A DNA stretch of 64,000 nucleotides from Tubiluchus corallicola. Taxonomy: Eukaryota; Animalia; Priapulida. Numbering within the stretch: the stretch's first letter is position 1; every line of letters begins with the position of its first letter. The stretch spans positions 5,202 through 69,201 of the forward strand of contig JAQGDQ010001029.1 of NCBI GenBank assembly GCA_030141605.1, given 5' to 3'. The translations under genes were made by a program, and so were the position numbers. The notes beneath the pieces were generated by a model that made no database searches, was not told where the DNA came from, and saw only the letters and a list, made by a program, of their open reading frames with translations. Below are positions 26,212-40,600 of this stretch, in pieces.

Positions 26212-29000
26212 CTGAAAATGAATGGCATTAAATTAGCAAACAAGTACTTATGCGTTTAAGTCTTTCAAATAATACACGTCCCTATGTCACGAACACCAGC
26301 TGAGTTTTTTACAATAAAAGATACTATGGCTAGAGTTAGACTCCTTATCCACATGCCCATCTGCTAACTACATAAGCTCCCACTCAAAACAGAAAAAGGG
26401 AAGAACCGATCAGGTAACATGGGGCAAAGGTAATAAGGAAACGCTACTTACATACAAGAACATTATCATCATCATCAATTTATCAAAGCCCAATAAACAT
26501 GTAATGAGCTTATTGGAGTTTTGACCATAAAAAACAAAATGTAAACCAGTCAGGTTTGCGCTTTGATTTGAATCAGGATCCAGGGACTTTCGGATTACGA
26601 GTCCAACGGTTATGTTACCAAAGTAGACAGCATAAGGGACTAAGTGGTCCGGCGTCACAGCGTTAGTTTTGTAATCCAAGTGTACCTGGTTCAAACCAAG
26701 CTTGGCTCTGACATTTTCACGGTTGCTTCCTTTCGGTCGTCTGGTTTATATATACAACCGGTTTATAAATATATATATAACCAAGGAAGCAACCGTGAAT
26801 ATATATATATCGTATAAATTTTAAGTGCAAATTCGGCTAAATTGTATAAATTTTAAGTGTTTCTTTCCTTTTATTATTATCTTTCCCTAATATATATATA
26901 TATATATATATATCAATTTAGTTAACTGTTAGTTTGGAGATTATAGATATTTTTAATCAACTGTCCTTGACAACTCGACAAATCCGTATTCACTGACTAT
27001 TCACGGAACTTGAATTTATACAATTCAGCCGAACATGCATTATTCTCAGCTGCAAGAATACTCAAGACGCAGATCAATAAGCATTACACCTCAAGGCAGT
27101 AAAGAATGGTTTCATTTCCACAGTTCTTTACTTCACTCAGTCACCTCAAACAAGCCGCAAGGTTGCGCTATTGTTTGCTTGATCGATTGATTCACTTTAA
27201 TAAACTGCTCTTTCTACCGCCTTGCAAGTTGGAAGGCATCAATTAGGTGAAACCGATGCTGGCGTAAAAGCTCTGGACCTCTAATATACCGGAGTTTCGC
27301 CAAATTCAGCTTTTGATTCGCATTCGTGGCAAGACCGAAACCAGTGATGACCACGTGCAAGATTCGCACATTACTGAACAACAGTGCATACATAGTACCT
27401 ATATGGGGACGGGGGAATCAGGGCACTGGGGCTGTAGTAGATGTAGCTTGTAAACAGGCTTATAAATAAACACATAACTATGGAATTATTCAGTAAAGGA
27501 GCAAATAAAGCATTGCATTCAATTTCTATGTGTCATTGTGCAGCAAATACTGCATGTACAAGCCCAAAAATGGCCAAAAACTATCTTTTTGATTAAGTTA
27601 ACAAACCTATTAAAGAGGTTTTAGTGTATTCTTAACACGATAATTTCTTTTAAAGACGCCCAGTGAACTATTTTGTCAGTCGATGTCGTGAGCTAAACCA
27701 ATTTAAATCAACAATTTTTATAGCCCCGTTCCTTTTGTATTTCAGAATCTCTATGGTAGCCATCTTCAAATTAAAATGGCCACTCTCAATGTCCAAATTC
27801 TGGTCTTATCTCTCCCACCAAGTTGGGTAGAGTTGCATAAATAATTTCATTTAATGTCAGAATGTTATCAGTTTTAAGAAAGAGAGAGACACTATTTACA
27901 ATCAGAAAAAGTTTAGCACGAAGTAAGATTACTGCTATTGTTCAACATTGCAGATTGTTTTATCAGGGAATATCAGCGATGATATGATAAAAAATGATTA
28001 TTTGGAAATTGACATTTGAGAAACTAATATGATCGCCATGCTGATTTTGAAAAGAAAATGAAAATACAACTTTTAGGTTAAGACAGATCCTTAGTTTTCC
28101 AAAATGTACAGCAAAGTTCTATAGCTTATCTAAACTCAAAAAAGTTTGAACGCACCTTATTGTTTTGTTTTCATAAATGAAAAAGTTAAACAATTACTTG
28201 TAAATGGCAATAGTTATGGTAATAATAAATTCATTTAGCATCACAAATTCGGTAGTTAAGATGTTAGTGCATATTATATAGATAAATACGAGCAGAGGTG
28301 ACGAAACATCATACGGTCACCACAGCAAAGAGCTGTCAGGCAAAATGAATTTGCTCCAATCTTTCGTTTCTGGACAAGCACGTAGCTATTACTAAAGCTA
28401 AATTATAAAAAAAGAACACGCCTCAAGTCACCTATATCTATCTGCGCAAAGGTAAAAAAGACTGGTAACTGTTTAAGTACTGATCTTAAAAAGTTAAAAA
28501 TTGAAACTCATCACAAAAACAAATCAATTATTACGCGAACGTGTTTCAAATCGAAGCTAAAGCCGAGTAAACTGTCACAAACTAGGTTATATTCAACGAC
28601 CACCATCCTGATTCCCTAACATCATCCAGCCAAACGAGTTGCTATGGCAACCAGCCTGACGGTTAGCATCCCCTGAAGTATGTGACATATTATACTGACT
28701 AGGACATCTAAGTTGAAATATAAGGCTATAATGATAACCTAATAATGTAGAAGCCTTTGTAATAAGCTGTTAGCGTCATGACGTACGACACGCGAGGCGC
28801 TGTTTTGACAGAAATGCCACTAACTGTGTATAAAAGATGAGCGTCGTTTACAAATTACTGCTAAATGACGAAAATATAACACTTTTCAAAATTCAAACAT
28901 TATTTTGTTGAAATTCAGAGCAGCGAGAAGAGACGCATTTGAAATTATTCACTGATAAAGACAAAATTTTAATATTGAACACAACCTGAACACATGCGTT

Positions 29001-29360
29001 ATAATAACAACAACAACAACAACAACAACAACAATAATAATAATAACAATAATAATAATGACAATGACAATAACAATATTAATAATAACAACAACAACAA
29101 CAACAACAATAATAATAATCTTTATTTAAAGTCGCTTTTAGGATGAACAATTAACATAAGCTTCAAAGGGCTTTTTGACGACTGTAAATAAGAAATTTAC
29201 AACTATGCAACAGAGGCTATTATTATCCCACTTTTACCCTAAATACCACGCGCTAGGCAGGGCAACAGCAGGTACCATCTTTAAAGTCCTTGATATGACT
29301 CGTATCGAACTCACGACATTCCAGCTGAAAAGAGGACACTTTACCACTAGACTAAACTGT
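29001..29360 (-). mobile_element. tRNA-headed SINE (Meta/MESC-like core), copy B, with (TTA/TTG)n tail
   Basis: Reverse complement: TAGTCTAGTGGTAAAG...GAGTTCGATAC...GACTTTAAAGATGGTACCTGCTGTTGCCCTGCCTAGCGC...GAAGCTTATGTTAATTGTTCATCC...AATAAA. Homologous to 4687-4947. Confidence 0.75.
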
Positions 29361-30588
29361 CTGGAGTCAAGTAAGTCAGTTAGTTAGTGCACTTCCGTCA
29401 CGCATTAGTTAGCTATATTACTAGGTTTTCGCTAGTATTAACTCTATGCTTACACACTTCGCCATGACTGCACCATAATCATTGGAAAATGTTTCTCACT
29501 ATGTACAGTTTTAGCTATAGTAACGGTAGCAATATATTTAATTATGAAATTAATTTAATCTGAAATAATTTAACGAGTTGCTTAACCATATTTTTTCTGA
29601 GTTCTGTAACAATTCAAACTTGCGTGAAATTTTAAAAACGCCAGGACCGTGTCTGTTAACTTTGGCATGCATAACAGCAGTTGACAAACGACCTAATTAC
29701 ACGTCCAGCACAATTAGACAAAAGGCACTTAAACTCACTAACTCTCAATTCCAGAACTGCTTAATTGCTCAGGGGAAAGTAGTTTAATAGACTATGCGAC
29801 ACAAACAGAAACGTCTGGGTTTGGTAATACACACATGTCAGAGAATTCCACTTTCACTAGATGGTCTAATTCATTAGTTGATTCAAACTGTATTTATTAG
29901 TACAACATTAATTAGAATAAATACATACATGATCATTAAAGGAAGACAGGATATTTTTAATGCTGTTTTTAATACTAACGTGAAATAATTATTATCATAG
30001 AAACCTCTGCGCGGCTAGTTCTTCGCTGTTACACGCATTTTGCCATTTCCTAGTTAGATGGGTACTAGGGCCAGGGCCTGCCTCTACATTACTATAACTG
30101 TTAAAATATATACATTTTACCGGGCTTCAAACTGAGGTAGGATAGGAAAAATCCTCCTCCTCCATGTTTTCCTTTAAATTCTGCACATCTGACTATTAAA
30201 AGTGGATCGCATTTTATAACGTTCTTGAAATTTTACGGTAATCAATTCGCTTTATAATGTGAATCTCGTTAATTTCAGAGCAATGTGTGGATGTGTATGA
30301 CTATGGATAATGTCTTATGTACTGTAATATGCTCTTGAAAAATCAAAAATTATTTACAACAGAAGTCACAGAAAAAAGTTACAACTAATTTTGGCTATGG
30401 TTAGGATTATTTTTTTTCCAGTGACTTTCCCGCGACTTTTCTAACCGGTGTCTCTTTCACCTGTGGCTTTTTTACCTCTGCCTTCTTTACTTGCATTAGA
30501 AACATACACGTAAAGTGTACTATTTGAAACCAGTACGACGAATTTAAATTTATGACAGTACTACTGATTTTATGCTTTCTGCTACGAG

Positions 30589-30624
<36 letters not shown>

Positions 30625-31149
30625 GTTATTATTATTATTTATTAGGCACAAACAATAAATATATACATTTTATACATGAGTAAAAAGTAAACGGTAAAAT
30701 TATATAGCCATGATCAATACGAAGGTTGTGCCTACCACTGTGTGCCATGGATGACAGCAAGGAACTAAATCCTCAAACAGATCACTGCCTGTGATTCAAA
30801 ATGTTTATTCATACACCACTGTAATAGCTCTTAATTACATGTCCTTACGTAAGCGATTATGTTATGTTACGTAAGCGAAATAAAGGTTATTTCGTAATTT
30901 GCAATGCACACAGTATTTGTCAATATACACATTAAATCTTGCACAGTATAATTACTCTGCTGCCCGGATATACATGTACTATATTTAATGGTTTAATCAG
31001 GCTGACATAGATTTTAGCTTATATAACTAATGTGCACAAATACAAAAATAAGTAAAATTATATCTACGTTTTCCATTATCTGTCCTCCCCTTCAATGCAT
31101 CAAACAATCGGCAAAGTTGCCAACTCAAAGAGTGTAAAATTGCGATTTC

Positions 31150-32165
31150 ACAGTTAAGCGATTTCAAAAGGAGCCAGCCCTCGAACTCTAAATCAAAATC
31201 CTGATTAGTGTGGAGCAGACAAAGAACCAGTTGGTGAATTCAGACAAACACATTTGCAATTTACAAAGTCTTTGATATCTGAATGTGACTTTGAAAACTG
31301 TGGAAATTAATTTGAAGGTTTTATAGTAACGTATTCCTCCTGTTACTATTAATGGTGAAAGCGTTGAAAGAGTCAGTTCTGTCAAACTACTAGTTGTCAA
31401 CATCTCTGATAACTCTGATACATGGAATGTACATGTTGAAGAAATACACAAAAAAAAGCCTGCAAACGTACTTACTTAACATTTTTAAAGAGAGCAGGCA
31501 TTTCTCAGAAAGATATGATTACTGTTTATTGTACTTTAATAAGACCAGTATTGGAATATGCTTGTCCTGCATGGCATACTTCATTAACATCAGAACAGAC
31601 AAAGTTACTAGAGTCAATTCAAAAATGTATTTTAAAGTTAAATATCCCAGGCACATCTTACATAAATGCTTTGCAGCTATCAAAAACTGAAATTTATCAG
31701 ACCGTAGAAATGCATTTTGCATTTTGAAATGACCAACTGAATTTTTTTAAGTCAATCCAAAATCAAGACAGCAGACTACATTATTTATTACCTAAACACA
31801 ACCACCGTTAGCACAATCTTCGTAAACAACTGATGTACCCTTTGCCTCTCTGCTGTACTGAACGTTTTAAAAGTAGTTTTATACCATGCGCACTTTTTAA
31901 TTATCAGTAAGTTCATTACTACAGTGTACACTGTTTTCACGAGATATTATAATAATGGATTTTAATAAGATTAATCTTAACGAAAATTATTGTCTTTTAA
32001 ATGCAATTTAAACTTCAGCCTATTTTAATTGATGTTAGATAAAGTCGTTTTAACGTAATGTAATTTAATTGTAATTTTAAACCTCAGTGTATCTTAATTA
32101 ATGTAATGTAATTCAACCTTCAGGTTACCAGAGTTTTAATAATAATAAACTTTGAACTTTGAAAA
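31150..32165 (+). mobile_element. Degenerate CR1/L2-group LINE 3' fragment
   Basis: Frameshifted IPPVTINGESVERVSSVKLL and YCTLIRPVLEYACPAWH; ends in AATAAA plus (CTTTGAA)n. Confidence 0.75.
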
Positions 32166-33759
32166 AAATTGATTTATTTCTTTATACATACTGTACTGCA
32201 TTGTGTGTATTTGGCTTAGCCCTGTTTAAATGGTGAACATTACACAGAGCTCTGTAAATACCTAAAACATTTTAAAGTACATTTGTGTAAAGTGGGTTCA
32301 AAGACCATCAAGGAGACATTTATATTCTAAATACATCCACCTTCCTCCAACTACATAATATAATTTTTTAATACACGAGTAAAGGGCTTAACCAGTCACA
32401 CGCACCTCAGCTTGTACGGTTGGAGCCTCTAGCTGGAATGTTTAGAGATAACCACTAACCAGTCAATATTCAACCACCACCACTGCTTGCATGATCACAA
32501 AAACCATGTTGCAATAGTACCATCTTAAGATCCCCCTGAGTAGCTGCTGAAACAGCATTTACTAGCGGGTATAGCTAGAACCCTATAAATAATTATCATC
32601 GGCTGAAGAACATGTTTTTAGTCAAACACGAACCTGTCCGTCAAAAACAAGTCTATAATTTTAGAAGAACATGTTAGAACTTAGTACCAAGTACAAAATG
32701 CTTTCTGAAGATCTATGCCTCTTGCATCACTCACTGCAAGACAAATGCCAAAAGATAAGAAGACCAAAGCGTCAAAGATTTGTGACAAAGCACTTGAAGA
32801 ATGCACGCATGTCGCTGCAGCAATAACTTGTATAGGTATATCAAAATTTGGTGGAACATTACACGGAAAGCTTGCCCAAATCGGGTGGGTGATGCTCCCA
32901 ACTTATGGGGACTTTGTCCATTTACTAAGGTAGCAATAAAAGTTTTCCAATATGCACAGCCATCAAAGAAACTAAGGCTAAGAACAGAAATAAGAATTCC
33001 GTGACAAGTAACTACTATATGACGTCACAAAATGATGTCACAACAATGCTCTATTTTATGACTGGTCGTTAGAAAAAGTCCTTTGTTTAAAGTTTGAAAT
33101 TAAAATTTCCGAAAGTCTTAAGGTTAACTGGACGCACTCTTAAAGGATATCTCAAAACAATCAACCCTATCAAATATTGAAAAGGGAACATACTATTTTT
33201 TCAAGCATAGAATGACTTACGTGAAAGAATTATTACCACAGAATGGTAATTTTGCATTCGCACCACATGCATTTCGCCATTCGATAGTTAGATGGTTACT
33301 AGCACTTGTACCTCAGAAAAGCATTGTAGAAAAAAACAGGTGCTGTACCACACAGTTCAGAGGTGTGCAGGTGTGATGTAGCATACACAATCAAGAGCTC
33401 ATATGTGAGCACAGCGGTAAACTTGAAATTTGAATTTTAAACTTAAAAAAATTCAAGTTTTTATACAGTAGTGCTGTACTTCAATTTCGTTTTCGCAAAC
33501 ACGTGCAACATGCTCATGGAATATTCTTTCTTTTGAAAATTATGTTCAGTTCTGATGTCATCACTATATGGGCTCACCAGCCATCAAAAAAGTTTTTAAG
33601 TTATTATTTGATTATCAGAAACGCTTTGCCATTATTACAGGCATTGAAATGTATACTTTTTACCGTATTTCAAAATGGGATACGATATGAAAATTCGTCC
33701 TGTTTTCCTTCAAACTAAAAGGTAGCCAACTTATGCATCAATTTCAACAGAAGACTTAC

Positions 33760-34796
33760 CTTAAGCCAGTATCGAAGAATTTCTCTGTGATATAATCACG
33801 ACAGTTAGAGTTTTCAAAAGATAAATAGAATTTGTACTGCTTATTGAGCATCTTAGTGCACTGTTTATGTTGACTTCTCGGACAGCTAAGTGACCCGCAG
33901 CTTCCGTAAATGTCTACGGGAACATGATTTCCTAATTCATTTGCGTACTTTAGACGATCATTTCTGGATCCACAATTTGACACAAACCAAGCAACCATCT
34001 TAGTCTTACCCTCGGCGTAGTCTCTGTTTTGTGGCAATGTTCGCACTTTAGAATCGTAAAGTTCAAACCTTTCATACGGAGTCACAATGTCGGAATCGTG
34101 CCGATAGGTGGCAGTCCAGTTGAAAACATTACTGAATCCGCCTAACCACTGTGAGTGATACGGACACTCTAGCTGATACCAGATCCAAACCTGACTGGAC
34201 GGTCGATGCTGAGACGAAACTGAGCTCGAGCTGAAATAGTTCCGAAACAAGATGGCGTCTGCATTAGCACCGGGATTTTTGTGTTCCGTCAGTTCACAGG
34301 TGTCTATACGACACTTCTGCTGCTGGAATAGCAACCGTCCACTCGGTACGTTCCAAAATCTTAGCCCTGTTTGAACGTAAATGAGCTTGAGTGTTTCGGG
34401 ATTGGGCTTTTCCTTGGGAGAATAGTTCAACTGCTCTATGATACGATCACCCGCATCTTGATGTGGCCACAAGGGTAGCTTAGATACCACACTGGAAGCA
34501 TTGCTAAGACATGTAATGTCGTCTGGTACTGGTTTAACCTCATACAAGGTGACCGGGGCACTCGTATTTGGTTGAGAAATCATGTCACGGGGTACCATAT
34601 TTTCCTTTTTGGGTGTAGCTATGTTTTGTGGCGGGTTTTTCAGAAGAACCACTTGATCGCCGCTCCGCATCTCTCTGGCCATCTGCCAAACACTTTCAAG
34701 ACTATTGTTTGTCGAAAGCCTCAAATTTAGGAGCAAAACCATGACTAGCACAACACCCCCGAAGATCAAGATTGAACGCCGTACGGAGAACCTCAT
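33760..34796 (-). CDS. FucTA: Alpha-1,3-fucosyltransferase (glycoprotein 3-alpha-L-fucosyltransferase A-like), first coding exon; 460 aa after splicing
   Basis: Type II TM anchor near the N-terminus; FNWTATYRHDSDI, VAWFVSNC and the alpha-1,3-FucT motif YKFYLSFENSNCRDYITEKF. Donor AG|gtaag at 33760/33759. Confidence 0.92.
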
Positions 34797-35559
34797 GGTG
34801 AGTTAGCGTTCTACACAGCTATCTTCCCATTGAACTTGCTAACACCTCTAGATGTGTGAACTTAAAAAGGGACATCTTGGCAACGGCAAAGAGCTGATGG
34901 AATCCTGGCAGTGATGACGTACACGCTTTCTCTTCCTTACTCATTATCAGTCCTACAAAGGAAGAACAAATTATTAGTACTGCAAAGTTAGCAAAACATA
35001 TTACCAGTCCAGTAACTTGGATTGAGCACAAAGGTTTGTATCTAGAAGCAACCGCTAGAGTAGAAAGTTAGCAATTCTGCATTTAACCCACGTCAATGCG
35101 GTACTCACTACTGGGCAAATCAGACTTCATTTCGCTTGCAAATTTACTGAATCAAACGCCAGCTATTACACCCTAGTGCTGCAAAGTGAATTCCAGTCTA
35201 ATAAACAACGCGCGTGTAATCAAACGATCAATTTAAGCTTAACTACTGGCAAGTGCTAATTAATAATTTATAACTAGCTGAGCTGGGCCAGTAGAGAATC
35301 GCTCTATTGAGCAAACATGCAGTCAACGATTCTATGTGCAAAGCGTGAGAGCTCATACACATTGAGCAGGAAGGATTCTTAAGTTACAAAGAAAAACTAA
35401 TTATCTGTACGAAGCAACTTATTTTGAACAGTCAGTCTTGGCATGAATAAACTAACTGGCATGTTTGTCTGTCAATAATAATATTAATATATTAATTAGT
35501 AATGGCTCGCATGTAGTTTCGGCCTCAGATAGCGCTGATTTTTTATATAAAACTTTTTT

Positions 35560-37600
35560 ACTGGGAAACAATTGAACGCGGAAGAATTTGATGAAAATTG
35601 AAAAAAAATATATTGAGGGCTCATTATGAGTTATAGACTAGGAAGTTTTTGTCTGAAAAACTGGTTTAATTTAAAAGAATTAGAAAATGCAGTAAGTAAA
35701 GTGCGAAATGAAGGCAAGTCGCTTGACTCCGACGGGTTTCACCTAAATATAATCAAACATTTTGGGCCAACTACAAAAAATATTGTATAAGGTATTGCAA
35801 ATATGTGCTTAGAGAATCAATTATGGCCTTGGGCGAGCGGGAAAGTAATTCCACTAAAGAAGCCTAACAAAATTGATTATTCAAACGCCAGTAATTATCG
35901 CCCAATAACCATTTCTTCGTATGTAAGTAAACTTGTTGAGCGTTTAATTTCAAATAGACTTAAAAATAATTTGTTTCAGTTAAAGTGCATTGATACCAAG
36001 CAAGAATGCTTCATAAAAGGCAAAAAATTAGCGTTACTTAATCAGATTAGTTACTGATATGGAAGAAGACATTTTGAATAATGCATACGATATAACAATT
36101 TGCTGTGATTACGGAAAAGCTTTCGACAGTGTTTGGGTAGAAGGTTTATTATTTAAACTTATTGATGCAAATGTACGAGGGTCTACGTTGCGCCTTATGG
36201 CATGTAGATTACAAAATCGTGATATTGGGATAAAGGTAAATGATTGTATGCCCGATCAATATCAATGCAATTTAGGACTTCCACAGGGGTCAGTTATAGC
36301 CCCAATATTGTTTATATTTTTCATTACCGATATGTTTGATAACATGCATGACTCAGTTTAAAAGCACAAGTATGTTGAAGATGGATCTTTGCACGTGTCA
36401 AATACAGACCCGCAAACCTGTGCTGCGATATACTTCACAAATCGTGCCAGAAATGGCGTTTAAAGATAAATACGTTATATGATAAAGTAGAAGCCTTGTT
36501 TGTAGGGGCATGGAAAATAACCAGATAGTTTCAAAATTAGTAACAACAAAGTATTGTTTGTTGCAAGTCAGCAAAATATTAGATCTTACTGTTGAGTGGA
36601 AATTAACTTCTGCTAAACATGCGGGTAGTAATGTTCATAAAAAGGTATGGTATAGATGGCTGAAAGTAAAAACCAGTTGCAGTAAATATAAAGGTTTGCG
36701 ACTTGCTACCATTGTAAATATTTATAAAGCTACTACTTTGCCGATTATACTGTATGGTGCTACTGCATGGTTAGGAAAAAAAAACTTTGGGCATTTGAAG
36801 ATATAATCTATAATATGATGAAAATTGCTGCGGGGGGATCTGCTTTTAAATCAGATCGAACTAAATTGGAAATACTTTTTGGTCTTCTACCACCGTTAGA
36901 CATAGAATTAAATGTAATCGCTTATTAAACGTCTTGTCTCTGGACGTTATGTCAGAATGCTGATGATTTAGTTAAACAAAAGATTCTGCAGTACGGTAGT
37001 GCATAAAGGCATATTTATAGAAAATATTATGTATGCACATGCGCAGACTCTGAGACACTTTATAAAATTTGCGTGGAATGAAAACTTCCGTACCACAGAT
37101 CTCGAAGAAATTCCCGAAAATATGTTAAAGTACACTAAACGTCAAATCATGGATTATGTTTCTTGTGCCTGCACAAAAAAATATAGGCATGTTATTGCAT
37201 TTTCAAGGAGAAAATGTTGAATATAAAATGTAAACCATTGATCTTGCCCCTGGGAAATAGTGAAAGGAAACTAGAATCCATTGCCATGTTTTTTAACTGG
37301 GCAGGGGAATTTTAGTAGCTTTCCGTATAGACTTAATACGTGTGATAGTAGTTTATGTCCATGTGGAGAAGAACATATTCAGCACATTTTATTCAGATGC
37401 AATAAAGTCGATAACACAAAAAGAATGCGGTTCGTAGAAATAGCTGATGCCAATTATGCACGTAATATAATGCTTCAATCTGATAAAAATTTAATGTGTT
37501 TTACTAAGCTGATCAAAGATAGTTTTATACTAAATAATTGTTAATTTAGACCCGTTCCAGTATACTAAAATAAATCATATATCTGTATAAAGTTAATTCA
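35560..37600 (+). pseudogene. Decayed non-LTR retrotransposon (RT plus C-terminal CCHC; I/Nimb-like)
   Basis: Fragmented NYRPITISS, DYGKAFDSVW, GLPQGSVIAPILF and CPCGEEHIQHILFRC across several frames with stops. Confidence 0.8.
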
Positions 37601-40600
37601 TGTGTATAATACTTGTGAATCATTTGAAATTAAATCTGATTTAGGTATTATATGTCATTTGTTGTACATAGTGTGAAACTGGAAATATTTAAAATATTTG
37701 TTACATAAAAATGCAAATTGTTGGTCCGAGCCTGCAAAAAGAGGCACCTCTTTGTATATATGTTCCTTTTTGAATAAAGATTTATTATTATTATAAAAAT
37801 CTGTCTCTCTGTCTGTCTGTTTTCCATCCAGACTGAAGAACATGTACATTGCGATTATAACTGGACTAAACCATTACGCAAAAACAGCAAGGCTATACAT
37901 GTTTTGTAGGCTGTAACCGGTTTTTTTAAATCCAATAATCTATATTCCATTACATTTGAGATCATTTCACTATTTAGATAAAAACTCGGTTTGATGCACT
38001 TAATTTCACAGCAAGCTTTCGGGAAAACGACAAGTTATTAGAAATGGGTTACTCTGTATTTTTCGTTCACAGAATAGTAGGCTTATACAAGCCATTGCTT
38101 CTCTACCCCACTGCAGTACAATTATTCCTTTACGATAATGATAGTGCATGAAACATAATACTACATTATGAAGCAACAATTTTGATAGTTTGTCGCCATG
38201 TACTAAACACTTGAATTAATTATAACATATATATAAGTGTTATTTATTCTTCGTGTGCACTAAACGCTTGAATTAATTATAACTTATATATAACGTTATA
38301 AATTTTATTCTTCGTATTTAACACCAAACTTGTTTTAAAAATGTAATGAACGTGTGTTAATTTACTAATAAACTTGGAAATCATCTGATAAACCATATAA
38401 TTCAACCATTAGTTGCATTGAACATTAACATTCCTTATCTCCTTTACTGTTGTGAAAAGTCTTGGCAAATAATGTCTATTATTACTATATATATATATAT
38501 ATACTATTCACAATACGACTAGCACGCTGAAATTCCCAAACATCATGCATCAAAAATGAGCGTGTCTTACAAAAAAACCTGTAACTTTAAAAAACTCAAC
38601 TGTGATTTGCCTGACGATTTTGAAAGATCAAAAATACGACGTTCGAATCTTGCCTAGACAGAAATTTATTTATTTTAATAGTAACATGACACGATTTTTC
38701 CTTTATTGCATTAGTAATTCCCAAGATTTCATTGATTATGAAGCAAGAATTGGTAAGTTATTCAAGAGAAACGAGATTTTTTTAAAAATTTTATACACGT
38801 AAATATTTATTTTCTCTGATAATTTATCTGTAATTAATTTGTTACCTGACATTCAGAAGGATGTGTTAAAGTTATATACAGTCAAGTACACGTGCAAATA
38901 AAAAATTCACCTACAACCAATAACTACCTTTTGTGTCACAGTACAAAAAGTTTGCTGAAACAATTTTTTCGTTTAGGTTACATGCTACACTTTTGACCAC
39001 TTCCAAAACCTCACAACTGCTGCTCGCCAAGTCACCCCATAATGTAAATGAGCGTACAGTAGTTACTAGCAAGTCCAGAGCACAGTCAAATGTATACCTG
39101 TTACAGCAGCCTTCTCTGTACAATTTTTACCCTGTCCGACAGCCACACAAGAGAATATCATTATGCAATCAGAAAACACACGCTGTGCAGTTTCAATCCG
39201 TTTTCATCACAGCATGGATAAGGAAGATTGGATTGAGAATTTTTACAGAGAGAGACCGATCAATATAGGACGGAGAGGCGACGCATTGGGGACGGAGTAA
39301 CGTAAACACTATTAGCGTCTCCATTAGAGATGCGAGGTTTAAATAGAACATTAATACAGTGACGAAGTTATTCAAAGGATACTTTAATTTGTGCATCATA
39401 AATGATACCTATGTAACCACTACTTTGGTGGTGCCGTCTGGCAAATAAAAGGTCAAGGTCACATAAAGGTCAAGCTATTTGTTGTTTAATGTAAAAACAC
39501 TGAAAGAAGTTCGAACTATTAAGTCAATTTTGGCGGATCTTGAAATTTAAGCGCAAGTTTGTATAGCTTCTAATTAGCGGCTAATTTAATTTACCAATGA
39601 ATTTGAGTCAAAAGTCATTCAAGGTCATTTACATAAAAATACAAAAAATTAGCTGCACTGCAGACAAAAAAAGATTAATAAATGCAACTCTAAGTAACTA
39701 GACACAAACTCATTTGATGCACTATATAATATTAAAACGTAACACTGCTAATTCAGCCAGATTTAGCAATATATATAGTTATTCCAAATCACTGTGTTAT
39801 CACTGGCAATATATACAAAGTTTGCACAACATTATATCTAACTGGCTTCGTTATACCATGTAATCTTTCAAAGCAAAAACATGGTTTCTGGGCAAACCTA
39901 ATAATTAATAAGTCCCACGTGTGTATAAAAATAGATAACTATGGAAAAAGCACATTTACATTGTCAAATCAACAAGAAGGGATGTTATCAGGTCCAAAAC
40001 ACAAAAACACCTTTCCCTCAAGATCCACACAATATTCAATAGTAATATTTCCTGATAAGAATGAGCCAGACTGTATAGGGGATATACATGGGAAGAGGTG
40101 AAGTCTAGAAGAATCTCAGAACCTGCATTATATTCATGAAATGAGTCGAAACTGCACTGCTTAGCCTAGCACAAGTCGGCCTGGTTCGGGTTTTCCGGGT
40201 TGATTTCCATGGTTTGATTTGGCGTGACATTATTTTGTTCTATATACAATTTTCCACACACAATATTAATTTCAGAAATACAAATGCTTTATGTTTAGCG
40301 ATGCAGAAATTTGGTCGCATTAGATATTCGACAATTAAACGACAATTACTTTGGCAAACAGGTTCTTCTTTGGGAGAATTAAAGACGTATTCAATAGATG
40401 TAACACCACCAAATAGTCAAACTGAGATTTAACTATGCCTTCAAGGCCCAATTCATGAATAAAGTGAAAACATTTTTGGAGTTACGACTAGTCAAAAAAG
40501 AACACCACATACGTTTCTTCACCTTGTCTTACTGTTGCTATGTGACTTTCTTGTTACTTAATATTATTTATAAAATGCAAGTGCTTTAATTATCAAAGCT

